64,000 bases of DNA, taken from Promethearchaeia archaeon (lineage in GTDB: Archaea > Asgardarchaeota > Lokiarchaeia > Sigyniarchaeales > SOKP01). The stretch is taken from positions 1 to 64,000 of the forward strand of contig JAHQWK010000001.1 in the NCBI GenBank assembly GCA_029856145.1, given 5' to 3'. Made by a program: the position numbers and the translations under genes. How positions within the stretch are numbered: the stretch's first letter is position 1; the number at the start of each line of letters is the position of its first letter. The notes below the pieces were generated by a model. The model saw only the letters and a list, made by a program, of their open reading frames with translations, ran no database searches and had not been told where the DNA came from. Below, piece by piece: positions 37,294 through 46,537 of the stretch.

Positions 37294-38400
37294 ATGATTG
37301 AAGATTTATTAATTATTAATGAATCAGGAGCACTTTTATATAATTGGCATCCAGAAGGTTATAAAGGCAACATGAACGATGATTTACTTAGTGGCTTCTT
37401 GACTGCGATTAATAGTTTTGCCACTGTAGAAAGGGGCGAGGATCTAAAGTCTCTTAAGATGAAAGAAACTCAAATTATTTTTGAAAAGTATGAAGAGTTT
37501 TTCCAAAAAATAACCTTTGTGATTACTACTAAAAATGAGGAATTAATTGAATTATTACATGCAGTTATTCATGAAATTATGGAAAGCTTTGCAAAACTTT
37601 TTAGCGAAAGCCTTAATAAAAAATTTAATGGTTTGGTATCAGAATATCAAATATTTGATAATTATGTTAAGCAAATAATTAACTCACATGGTTTGGATAT
37701 ATTAAATGACTCTATAAAGAAAATTGATATGGATACACCTTTAAAAGCCATTATGTTTCTCGAACCGAAAGGAGGTAATGTCTACTATATCCACGCTAAA
37801 CAATATGTTAACAAAGATAAAATCAGTTTTCTCATTCCTCTGATCATAAATTCTTCGAAATTATTGTACCAAAATAATCTTAATGAAAAATTATATTGGA
37901 TTCTTCTTAATACTGTTCGTAATGAAAATCTAATAGTCGAACCTCGGAATAACATTCTGATTGCAAAACAATATCAATTATCAGAAAATTTTGAAGATGA
38001 ATATTTAGGATTGGAATTTTTCAACGAAAAAGATAAGTATGTCAAAAAGCCTAAAAAATTAATTGAAAAATTTGAAAGTGTAGATTGGAACCCTAAAATC
38101 AAACAAATTTATTTAATAGATATGGTAGGTAAAATATTTTATTCAGAAATTTTTGATAAGGCTTATGATTGTTCCGATTATATTCCAGAGACTATAAGCT
38201 TTTTGACAGCTTCAAAGAAAGCAAGTGAAGAAATCTATAATAGAATATTATTTAATGCAAGTATTGGTGGAGAAAAATTAGCTACTATATGTATGAATTT
38301 TAATAACTTTGCTTTAACTTTGATTGGTAAAATTCAGGATTTTACCGATTATAAAGTAATTCAAAAGACTTGTCTGGACATTTATCAACAATTAATATGA
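37294..38400 (+). CDS. Longin/roadblock multi-domain protein
   Basis: MIEDLLIINESGALLY...LLSGFLTAINSF longin N-terminus followed by two similar alpha/beta units; start moved to ATG 37294. Confidence 0.7.
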   Translation: MIEDLLIINESGALLYNWHPEGYKGNMNDDLLSGFLTAINSFATVERGEDLKSLKMKETQIIFEKYEEFFQKITFVITTKNEELIELLHAVIHEIMESFAKLFSESLNKKFNGLVSEYQIFDNYVKQIINSHGLDILNDSIKKIDMDTPLKAIMFLEPKGGNVYYIHAKQYVNKDKISFLIPLIINSSKLLYQNNLNEKLYWILLNTVRNENLIVEPRNNILIAKQYQLSENFEDEYLGLEFFNEKDKYVKKPKKLIEKFESVDWNPKIKQIYLIDMVGKIFYSEIFDKAYDCSDYIPETISFLTASKKASEEIYNRILFNASIGGEKLATICMNFNNFALTLIGKIQDFTDYKVIQKTCLDIYQQLI

Positions 38401-38527
38401 TATAAATTGTATATAACTAAAATTAGTTTAAATTATAAATGAAAGATTCATATTTGGGATTATTATATTATAAAATTATATAGATTTTAAATTCAATAAA
38501 ACAAACTAAAATTAGGAGAAATTTTAA

Positions 38528-39583
38528 ATGTCCGCTCTTGAATTATGGATTGAATTAATGATATTACAAACAATAATAGGTTATTGCTTTGTTTTGGCAA
38601 ATGATTTCATCGGAATATATAATATAAGAGATCTAAATCTCATGAAGGGAGATTTTGTTATAGTCAAATATCATAAGAGATTTGGATGGATTGAAGTTAC
38701 TATTTTTTACGCTTTATTTGCTCAGTGCATGTACATGCTTGCTCAACATATCATCGCTTCTGATCCATTATTACTAATTCCCTCCGGTGTTTGGTCACAT
38801 ACTTGGATCGGAGGTTTAATTGCCACTATTTTAGTAAGTTTTAAGTTTATTGTTGCTCGATTTAAAAAAGATAGTATCTATTTATATGGCAAATACATTG
38901 GCCCTATTGGATTTTTAGGGTGGAGTCTATCTCACTGGACAAGTCTTTATAACTTTTATTTTGTCGTATTACCATATTGGCAGTCTTTAGGGCGCTCAAC
39001 TATAATTGCACCTTCTTCCTTTATATGGGCAGCTATTATTCCATTTATAGGGGGTGCTGGACTATTCCTTTTAGTTCTTTTTAAAAGAGGCTCAACCTTA
39101 AAAGAAAAAACACGCTTTGCATTCAATCAGATTGCCTTTCTGCTTCATGGAGTTACTTTTGGATATGAAAAATCCGCCAAGGAGCTACTTGGGACACCAA
39201 CCTTATTCAAATATGTTGTACCAAGAACTTACGAATTTATTGAGAAGATGATGACTATGTCAGGATTGAATATGAGAAAATTAGAAAAATTGAGTCTATC
39301 TGATGCCTTAAATGAATTTATAAAAATGGCAGAAAAAATTGGGATGGCAGAAAAAGTTAAGGTAAAATGGGAGTCAGAAAAATCTTTTACAATTGAATCT
39401 GTAAATTGTTCAACAGCCCAAGTTAGAAGTGTTATGACAAAGGAAGAATTAACTAATGCTGTTTGTCCATGGGCCATATTTGCTGCTTCTATCGCAAACA
39501 AAATAACTGCAAAAGAATTAAGAATGGAGCCTTCAGAATTTAATGAAATTGGAGCTATTACAAAATTAACTTTAGTAGATTGA
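38528..39583 (+). CDS. Multi-TM membrane protein with C-terminal V4R-like domain
   Basis: ~5 TM helices, then FTIESVNCST...VCPWAIF. Confidence 0.6.
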   Translation: MSALELWIELMILQTIIGYCFVLANDFIGIYNIRDLNLMKGDFVIVKYHKRFGWIEVTIFYALFAQCMYMLAQHIIASDPLLLIPSGVWSHTWIGGLIATILVSFKFIVARFKKDSIYLYGKYIGPIGFLGWSLSHWTSLYNFYFVVLPYWQSLGRSTIIAPSSFIWAAIIPFIGGAGLFLLVLFKRGSTLKEKTRFAFNQIAFLLHGVTFGYEKSAKELLGTPTLFKYVVPRTYEFIEKMMTMSGLNMRKLEKLSLSDALNEFIKMAEKIGMAEKVKVKWESEKSFTIESVNCSTAQVRSVMTKEELTNAVCPWAIFAASIANKITAKELRMEPSEFNEIGAITKLTLVD

Positions 39584-39614
39584 ATATTTAATAAAAATAG
39601 AAAATTTTTTTTTT

Positions 39615-39770
39615 TTAATCTTCTTTTAATTTTACATCAGTTCGCTGAACTCCTACTTCCTTATTGCTTGGTATAGGAGATCCACAATGATCTCTTAACC
39701 TTTCGCTATCTTTAAATGCTTTATCAAGTTCGTCTTCTAATTCATCATCAGTTACTTCTTTATCTGACAT
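39615..39770 (-). CDS. Small acidic protein (51 aa, MSDKEVTDDELEDELDKAF...HCGSPIP)
   Basis: ATG-TAA frame filling an intergenic gap; below the ORF-track cutoff. Confidence 0.5.
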   Translation of the reverse strand: MSDKEVTDDELEDELDKAFKDSERLRDHCGSPIPSNKEVGVQRTDVKLKED

Positions 39771-39887
39771 AATAAATAAAGAGAATCTGTACTATTTAAG
39801 GATTTTATTTATAAAAAATTGACCTTAGATATCAAACCATTTTCTAAAAATTAAGAAAAATCAAAGAAATAATAATATTAAAAAAAT

Positions 39888-40253
39888 TTACACGTTAAAA
39901 TATTCAGAAACAGCCTTCTCTTTTTCAATAGATCTCCTTTCAGGAACAGCTATGTAATCTTTCTTAATCGTCTCATAAAAATCTTCACGCATATATAAAT
40001 TGCAATAACAAGCACCAAATTCTTTTACATCAAGAGGAGCATAATTACATGGACATATTAAATCCCTATCTAATTCTCTTTTTCCTGATGCTAAACGACA
40101 TGGACAAGATTGGTAACCTAAATTAATCTTATTATCCACTAATCCATCTATCAAATCATTAAAAGTATTGCTATCCATATTTAAGATCCAGTTGTTTTTT
40201 TCACTTACTTGTTCAACATATTTAGTCATACCTTCCTTAGATTCCATATCCAA
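39888..40253 (-). CDS. Ferredoxin-thioredoxin reductase catalytic (beta) subunit
   Basis: CPC...CPC...CYC motifs. Confidence 0.9.
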   Translation of the reverse strand: MDMESKEGMTKYVEQVSEKNNWILNMDSNTFNDLIDGLVDNKINLGYQSCPCRLASGKRELDRDLICPCNYAPLDVKEFGACYCNLYMREDFYETIKKDYIAVPERRSIEKEKAVSEYFNV

Positions 40254-40254
40254 T

Positions 40255-40566
40255 TTAATTACCTCCAGATTTCACTAATTCCTCATATTTGCCTGGGTTG
40301 TATCCAACAACAAAATCATCATCACAAATCATAAAAGGATAAGAGATTCTAGATTGATAATTTTCTCGCAAGTGGGCTAAAATTTTCGATTTTTCTTCAA
40401 ACTCAATTTTATCTACATCCACATATTTGTATTGGACATCACGATCCTTCAACCAAGCTTTACATTTTTTGCACCACATACACGTAGATAAGGTTAGAAT
40501 GGTTACATCTCTACTTTTATTTGAACCCTCAACTGTCTGGGCTAATTTATCAATAATTTCAGACAT
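40255..40566 (-). CDS. Glutaredoxin (NrdH-like), partner of FTR
   Basis: LSTCMWC, SYP, VVGY; adjacent to FTR. Confidence 0.88.
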   Translation of the reverse strand: MSEIIDKLAQTVEGSNKSRDVTILTLSTCMWCKKCKAWLKDRDVQYKYVDVDKIEFEEKSKILAHLRENYQSRISYPFMICDDDFVVGYNPGKYEELVKSGGN

Positions 40567-40604
40567 AATATAATTTACTCCTTATTTTTAAATAACTTTT
40601 TGCT

Positions 40605-41054
40605 TCATGCAGTTTTAACATTCATTTTCCAATTTGGATCTATACACTCAAAAGCCTCTTCTGTGAGCTTTCTTATATCATTATGACACGAATCTAATAG
40701 GATACCTAAATGCTCAAGTGCTCTTTTGTCTCCTATTTTCATTAGACTCTCAATGATAATAAACAATCTTGTTTTATTTTGTTCTTCTTCTGGTTTCTCC
40801 AATTCATCTTTTAAAAAATCTATAATTAATATAGTAGCTTTTGGATCTCGAATTTCACCCATAGCTTCAATAATTCGATTTATAACGACAATATCCTTTT
40901 CAGATTTTAGAGCTCTTGACAAAATATTTGTTGCTCTTCCCTCTTTCATTTGTCCTATAGCTTGTGCTGCTATTGCTCTGTCCTTCCAATTAGAACTACT
41001 AAATAAAATTTTTACATGCTTATTATATGCTTCATTTTGAGCTTTATGATCCAT
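40605..41054 (-). CDS. HEAT/PBS-lyase repeat protein
   Basis: WKDRAIAAQAIG, EAMGEIRDPKA, KIGDKRA repeats. Confidence 0.85.
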   Translation of the reverse strand: MDHKAQNEAYNKHVKILFSSSNWKDRAIAAQAIGQMKEGRATNILSRALKSEKDIVVINRIIEAMGEIRDPKATILIIDFLKDELEKPEEEQNKTRLFIIIESLMKIGDKRALEHLGILLDSCHNDIRKLTEEAFECIDPNWKMNVKTA

Positions 41055-42185
41055 CTTAAGATTAGAATAAGCATAAGGAATAAGAATCTGATCATAATAA
41101 TTTATTAATAATTAATGAAAAATGGATTAAATGAAAAGCGAAAATAGGTTTTTATTTTAATTTTAAATTAATTCTATAAAAAATAGTAGACTGAATTTGG
41201 GCTTAATCTGAATCTAATTTTTTGATAATCACTACAATGACTTTCTACAAAAAAACCTTTAAATAGTTTCTTCCTTTATTATTGACATAAAGAGAAATCC
41301 ACTTAAAATGATTAATATTAAAGAACTAATTTAGGGGAAGATATTTGACAATTATTTTTCATTTTTGGTTTAGTTCCTTCGCATATTTTTTACCACTCGC
41401 TATGTATACCGCATATACAATCGCCTTTAATGTTTTTTTAATTAATGCAAGTAAAGAGAAAGATCGCGAAACATTACATAAAAACCTCTTGAAAATTGCA
41501 GCGATCGTTAACATTATCAACACAGGAATTTTGTTTTTTTTTCCAGTAGGTGCTACCACTTATAGTGCTACTGAGCAGGAAAGGGTGATACTTAATGTTC
41601 TCATTTATATAATCCCACCATTAATAACTTTTATTCCTAATATCTTTTCGTATGGTGTAGTTTTTTTAATCTATGGCTATAAAAATAGAACACAAATTGG
41701 AAATTATCTTCTGTACACCGGCATTTTTTGGCTTTTTTTTACGACTTGGGCTTCTCTTTCTCTATTCTCGCCATTGGGGCGTGTGCCCTACTTACCATTC
41801 TTGTTAAATGACATTTTTAACTTTCCAAACCCCAGTATTTATATGATACTAGTACAAATTTTAGCAGTTGGTTATGGTTTTAGTTCATTCGCAAATATCT
41901 TTCTACTAATTCATGCTTTTGTAAACAAAGATCAATCATTAAAAATCGCTGGATTAATCTTTTTGATTGGAAATATGACAATTGGGCTTAGCCTTATTCC
42001 ATCTTACATTTCATTGTGGTTATAAAATGGTAATTGGATTAAAAACTTATTATATGCTTCATTTTGTGTTTTGTAATCCATCTTAAGTTTAGAATAAGAA
42101 TAAGGAATAAGAATCTGATCATAATAATTTATTAAAAATTGATAAAAATTGGATTAAATGAAAAGTAAAAATAGGTTTTTATTTT
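41019..42185. repeat. ~140-bp imperfect direct repeat (41019-41158 and 42046-42185) flanking a membrane-protein gene
   Basis: Shared CTTATTATATGCTTCATTTTG...ATAAGGAATAAGAATCTGATCATAATAA...GGATTAAATGAAAAG...AAAATAGGTTTTTATTTT. Confidence 0.9.
41345..42025 (+). CDS. Hypothetical multi-TM membrane protein
   Basis: ~6 hydrophobic segments. Confidence 0.65.
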   Translation: MTIIFHFWFSSFAYFLPLAMYTAYTIAFNVFLINASKEKDRETLHKNLLKIAAIVNIINTGILFFFPVGATTYSATEQERVILNVLIYIIPPLITFIPNIFSYGVVFLIYGYKNRTQIGNYLLYTGIFWLFFTTWASLSLFSPLGRVPYLPFLLNDIFNFPNPSIYMILVQILAVGYGFSSFANIFLLIHAFVNKDQSLKIAGLIFLIGNMTIGLSLIPSYISLWL

Positions 42186-42329
42186 GGTTTTTAATAGTCT
42201 TTTTAGGAAGTTTTTATAAATGAAATATAAGGTTTTCTAGATTTATTTTATTGAATCACCCATTTAACCTTAAAAAATTTATAACTTAGAACCTAAACTT
42301 TTTTTATCATTTGTGTTTATTTTTTTAGT

Positions 42330-42623
42330 ATGGAATCAAAAACACCAATAGTAATTACCAAAGAAGATTGTCACAGGTGTCATGAATTAAAAGAATGGCT
42401 TGATGAACGGGATGTTAGATACATTGAACGAGATATAAATGACGAGGAATTTGTTCATGAATTACTTCATGATGACAATTTTTTAAAGACATTTTGCGAT
42501 GCTGACGGATGTATTGTGAATACTCCAGTAGTAATTCATAAAGGAAAATACTGGTTTAAAGAACTCTGGGGTATTTCTGGTCTTAGAGAGAAAGAAGCAA
42601 AAAAGCTATTCGGAGTAAAATAA
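42330..42623 (+). CDS. Glutaredoxin-like protein with a second Cys pair
   Basis: CHRC, FCDADGC, NTP cis-Pro motif. Confidence 0.8.
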   Translation: MESKTPIVITKEDCHRCHELKEWLDERDVRYIERDINDEEFVHELLHDDNFLKTFCDADGCIVNTPVVIHKGKYWFKELWGISGLREKEAKKLFGVK

Positions 42624-42773
42624 TTTTTTTTAACATTCTTTAATTTTTTATTATATAAATTTTCTACCTTTCAAAATCTAACTATTTTTTAAGTAAAAAT
42701 TTCAATTTATATAACCATCTTTCCACATACAGAACAAATTTTTTGTTCTTTTGTAAGTTCATCTTCATCTTTT

Positions 42774-43934
42774 CTATATTTTCTTCCCACAGACATGACA
42801 AACTGCTTGGCCTGGCGGGAGTTCAGCACCACAATGCTTGCAATATGGTTTATCTTTTAAGATATCTATGGTAATAGGTCGTTTGGTTTGTGGTTCCCCC
42901 GCTAGTCCTAGATCTCCAGGTGGAGTAGGGGGCTTGAAGACATAAGGATATGGAAGATCTCCACCTTCACCATCACTTTTTTCAGTAGAAATTACTGAAA
43001 TATGCTTATAGCGTTCATCAGATTTGATAAATTGATAAAACTCATATATATTAAGTCCTGGCATCATTGGATTCAGAAAAATTATAGCAATATCATTATA
43101 TCTTTCCTCTATAAGTTTTAATGTTTCATTTACACTACTACACGTAATAGTTTCAAAATCTTCTAATTTTAAGAACTTCTCAGTAAGATCTTCTAATTTT
43201 AAGAACTTCTCAGTAAGATCTTCTAATTTTAAGAACTTCTCAGTAAGATTCAAAATATCTGGCTCATTGTCAATTATGAGAATTGTATTTCTAACAAATT
43301 CCTTAAAAAATAAACATATTCTTTTATTTTTTAATAAGAATGCTATCTTATCTTCTTCTATTTTTTCCCTAGTTGCTTCAATTAGTGCCCAGTATAAATT
43401 CATAACCCACTCGCGTATTGAAGACTCGTTCTTTATTATGCTTTTTTGATCTTCTTCATCAAAATTATTTACATCATTTATATAAAATGCCTTAAATATC
43501 TCTTTATTTGACTGTAGCTGATCTGAAAATTCAGTACATAATTGTGATATTTTCTCTTCCACTTCTGTAGGGATTTGTTGATCAAGAATTAATGAAACCA
43601 TCACCATTTCTTTTTTACCTCGAGCCCACTCCGAGTTTAATTGAAAATAATAGTTCAACAATTTTACATTATCGAAAGATTGGGTCAAGAATTCTTCCTT
43701 ACTCGGTTGGTCCATGACATCATATATAGTAGCGGATAATGCTTTATCCAACTGTTTTTTTGGAAATGAATAAAATATTGATGGACCGATTTTGCGATTA
43801 AAATATGATAAAACGATAATTGTCTTGCCTACTCCTTCAGGAAACAATTGGTAACCCTTAACACATACGATTCTAGCTCCGGGATTCTGCTTTAGGAGTT
43901 CAATTAATGCGTTTAATATATCATCCCATCTCAT
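42774..43934 (-). CDS. Longin/uDENN-like domain + pseudo-receiver + C-terminal Zn ribbon protein
   Basis: IVLSYFNRKIGPSIFYSFP; ILIIDNE...IIFLNPMMPG (Asp to Asn); CKHCG...CHVCG. Confidence 0.7.
   Translation of the reverse strand: MRWDDILNALIELLKQNPGARIVCVKGYQLFPEGVGKTIIVLSYFNRKIGPSIFYSFPKKQLDKALSATIYDVMDQPSKEEFLTQSFDNVKLLNYYFQLNSEWARGKKEMVMVSLILDQQIPTEVEEKISQLCTEFSDQLQSNKEIFKAFYINDVNNFDEEDQKSIIKNESSIREWVMNLYWALIEATREKIEEDKIAFLLKNKRICLFFKEFVRNTILIIDNEPDILNLTEKFLKLEDLTEKFLKLEDLTEKFLKLEDFETITCSSVNETLKLIEERYNDIAIIFLNPMMPGLNIYEFYQFIKSDERYKHISVISTEKSDGEGGDLPYPYVFKPPTPPGDLGLAGEPQTKRPITIDILKDKPYCKHCGAELPPGQAVCHVCGKKI
43158..43247. repeat. Perfect 3 x 30-bp in-frame tandem repeat (LTEKFLKLED x3)
   Basis: ATCTTCTAATTTTAAGAACTTCTCAGTAAG x3. 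Confidence 0.95.
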
Positions 43935-43940
43935 AATTTT

Positions 43941-44048
43941 CTAACCAACCCTTTTTCCACATACATGGCAGATTGTTTGTTCCGCTGGGAGTTCAGCACC
44001 ACAATGCCTACAATTGAGTAGTAGTATACCGCAATTTTCACAATACAT
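43941..44048 (-). CDS. 35-aa Zn-ribbon microprotein MYCENCGILLLNCRHCGAELPAEQTICHVCGKRVG
   Basis: Three CxxC motifs; near-copy of the C-terminus of the downstream gene. Confidence 0.6.
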   Translation of the reverse strand: MYCENCGILLLNCRHCGAELPAEQTICHVCGKRVG

Positions 44049-44227
44049 AATTTACTCGAAGTCGTTAAATTTACACCCATTTGAAATATTTGTAAAACAA
44101 ACCTCTATGCAAGATCAAATAATTATGGTTTTATAAATATTACAATTGTGTCAGAATTTGTAAAATTTAGATAAGTGGAGAGTGTACTAAATTGATTTTA
44201 GAAAGTTAAAATGTTTAATATTATAAC

Positions 44228-44827
44228 TCATTTTTTAAAATCTGCCATTCTTTTTATTACTTTTCGGATGGTTCTTAACCCTTCTTCATCTTTTTCAATG
44301 CCTTCTTTTCCCAAGTCTCTACTCCATAAACCAGCACCCAGATTTGCTCCAAAAGCGCCACCAGATACTGGTATAATATGATTTTGTTGATAAAAATCTA
44401 AAATGCTTCTTATAGCAATTTCTTGTCCTCCGCTTCTGTCTCCCCCAACAGCCAATGCTGCTCCTATTTTGTTTTTAAATACATTAGGATTCTTAGCAAT
44501 TATAGCACGACACCGATCCATTACTGTTTTTAGTTGACCTGATAAATTACCTTGAAATATTGGAGTACCGTATAGATAGAATTTAGCTTCTTCCAATTTA
44601 GAATAAAGATCTTCCATATCATCCTTATTGACACAACCTTTTTTCTCTCGAATACAATAATCGCAATGAAGGCAGAAATTAATTTTTTTATTTCTAACAC
44701 TCCAAAACTCTGTGTCAAAACTATATTTTTCAGAAGCATAGTTTAAGGCATACTTGATAGCATATTCGGTGCCCTGCTTTCTTGGACTTCCACATATTCC
44801 TAAAAGTAGATTCTTCTTTTCGACCAT
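44228..44827 (-). CDS. Iron-sulfur flavoprotein (Isf/multimeric flavodoxin)
   Basis: GSPR, CLHCDYC...C, GTPIF, GGQE. Confidence 0.88.
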   Translation of the reverse strand: MVEKKNLLLGICGSPRKQGTEYAIKYALNYASEKYSFDTEFWSVRNKKINFCLHCDYCIREKKGCVNKDDMEDLYSKLEEAKFYLYGTPIFQGNLSGQLKTVMDRCRAIIAKNPNVFKNKIGAALAVGGDRSGGQEIAIRSILDFYQQNHIIPVSGGAFGANLGAGLWSRDLGKEGIEKDEEGLRTIRKVIKRMADFKK

Positions 44828-44914
44828 AATAATGCATTTAACTTGCTTTTATTAATAATTAATCATTATTGTATAAAATAAAAGTTTTAAAATCTAAAAT
44901 CCTAATATTAAAAG

Positions 44915-45568
44915 ATGGATGCAACTAGACCGAGCTTAGCTAGAATTAAGATTAAGTTTCCGGATCAGATATGGATTTCTGAAATTTTTAAGAACTATCA
45001 TGATATAAAAATGGAAATTTCCTATTTTCTGCCTTATGATCTTGAGAAGTCCATCGGAAATAGTCTAATTGAGATTTTACATTACGATATCGATTCTATT
45101 ATAGAAGAAATTAGGAATCATCCTTCTGTTTTCGAGTTAAGTGTATTAGAGAAGAAACAAAACAAAGTTAAATTTAACGTGAAAACAAAAGATCCTTATT
45201 TATTATATGCGATAATAAAATGTGGAGTCCTTATTGACTTCCCAGTAAGAGTTGAGGATGGATTTGCATATTGGAGGTTGATATCGAGTAGAGAACGAAT
45301 AGATGAATTATTAACACTTTTTGAAGAAAAAAACATTAATTTTGAGTTATTAAGAATTGGATTATCTCCATACACTATTGAAGAGGATAAAAGTAAATTA
45401 ACATTTGATGAATCAAGTATACTTGATAAGGCTATCTCTTTAGGTTTTTTTGAAATTCCAAGAAAAATTTCTTTAGAAGAATTAGCTAACGAAATAGGCA
45501 AATCTAAATCAGCATTATCCGTAATGCTTAGAAAAATAATTAAAAAGAAAGTCTTATTCGAAAAATAA
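44915..45568 (+). CDS. Bat/HTH-10-type transcriptional regulator
   Basis: AISLGFFEIPRKISLEELA...SKSALS..LRK. Confidence 0.85.
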   Translation: MDATRPSLARIKIKFPDQIWISEIFKNYHDIKMEISYFLPYDLEKSIGNSLIEILHYDIDSIIEEIRNHPSVFELSVLEKKQNKVKFNVKTKDPYLLYAIIKCGVLIDFPVRVEDGFAYWRLISSRERIDELLTLFEEKNINFELLRIGLSPYTIEEDKSKLTFDESSILDKAISLGFFEIPRKISLEELANEIGKSKSALSVMLRKIIKKKVLFEK

Positions 45569-45591
45569 TAAATAAAAAATATAAAAAAAAT

Positions 45592-46377
45592 TTATACCCA
45601 TTCTTCTTTTAAAATATTTCCTTGTATGCCCACGACAACATATTTTATTGGAACTTTTCGGTTTGCTCTTTTAGCTCCTTCTTGAGCTAAAGCTAATAAA
45701 CCAGAACAACAAGGGACTTCCATAATAGCAACTGTAAGTGTATTTATTTTTGCTTCATCAATTAAAGATTTAATTTTTTCTATGTAAACTTCTTTACCTT
45801 GGTCGAGTTTCGGACAAGCAATTGCTATGGATTTCTGTTTTAGGAAGTCTCTATGAAAATCTCCGTATGAAAATCCCACACAATCTGCCGAAAGGAGTAC
45901 ATCTGCTCCTTGGTAATAGGGTGCTCTAGGATTGATTAAATGCATTTGAACAGGCCATTGTCGTAGAGCTGAAGGTATCTTTCCAGTTACTTCTGTTTGC
46001 GTTTCCGTCTCCTCAAAAACCATTGTTTGAGCAGAAGGACAACCACATTGGTGGGTGTGCTCAGTAAGAATTTCTTTTATTTGTTCCGTTTCAGTTTGTT
46101 CATTATGTTTCATAGATTCTAAATGTTTCTCAACAGCTTCTTCATCGAACTCTAAAGCTTCTCTTTCGATTATTTCAAGCGCGCCCTCAGGACAACCAGA
46201 AATGCACGCACCAAGACCATCGCAGAATACTTCATTTATAACCCTAGCTTTTCCATCGATTACTTTTAAAGCTCCCTCTGCACAATCTACCACACAATTT
46301 CCGCATCCTGTACAAAGATCTTCATCAATCTTGATGATTTTTCTTTTTACTGCTTCATATTGTTTTGTTTCAGTCAT
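45592..46377 (-). CDS. 4Fe-4S dicluster protein of the type found beside hcp/cooS
   Basis: CTGCGNCVVDC, CDGLGACISGCP, QWPVQ, ACPKLD, MEVPCC. Confidence 0.88.
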   Translation of the reverse strand: MTETKQYEAVKRKIIKIDEDLCTGCGNCVVDCAEGALKVIDGKARVINEVFCDGLGACISGCPEGALEIIEREALEFDEEAVEKHLESMKHNEQTETEQIKEILTEHTHQCGCPSAQTMVFEETETQTEVTGKIPSALRQWPVQMHLINPRAPYYQGADVLLSADCVGFSYGDFHRDFLKQKSIAIACPKLDQGKEVYIEKIKSLIDEAKINTLTVAIMEVPCCSGLLALAQEGAKRANRKVPIKYVVVGIQGNILKEEWV

Positions 46378-46416
46378 GATTAAATCAAATGGAAGTGATT
46401 ATATATTTTTAATTTC

Positions 46417-46426
46417 GAACATGTTC
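46417..46426. promoter_or_regulatory. Palindrome GAACATGTTC upstream of the Fe-S gene
   Basis: The AACATGTTCA sequence recurs at 48514 upstream of cooS. Confidence 0.5.
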
Positions 46427-46537
46427 AAATAGAAACGTGAGATAGGCTCACGAAAAGTATTCTGCAAAATGAAAAATATATTCTACTAAACAGCTTAAAA
46501 CCAATGAATATAAGAAAATAAATTTTTTTTTTATTAA

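Noticed and set aside
43158-43247. Possible CRISPR array (30-bp repeats)
   Set aside because: No spacers; in-frame coding tandem repeat; no cas genes.
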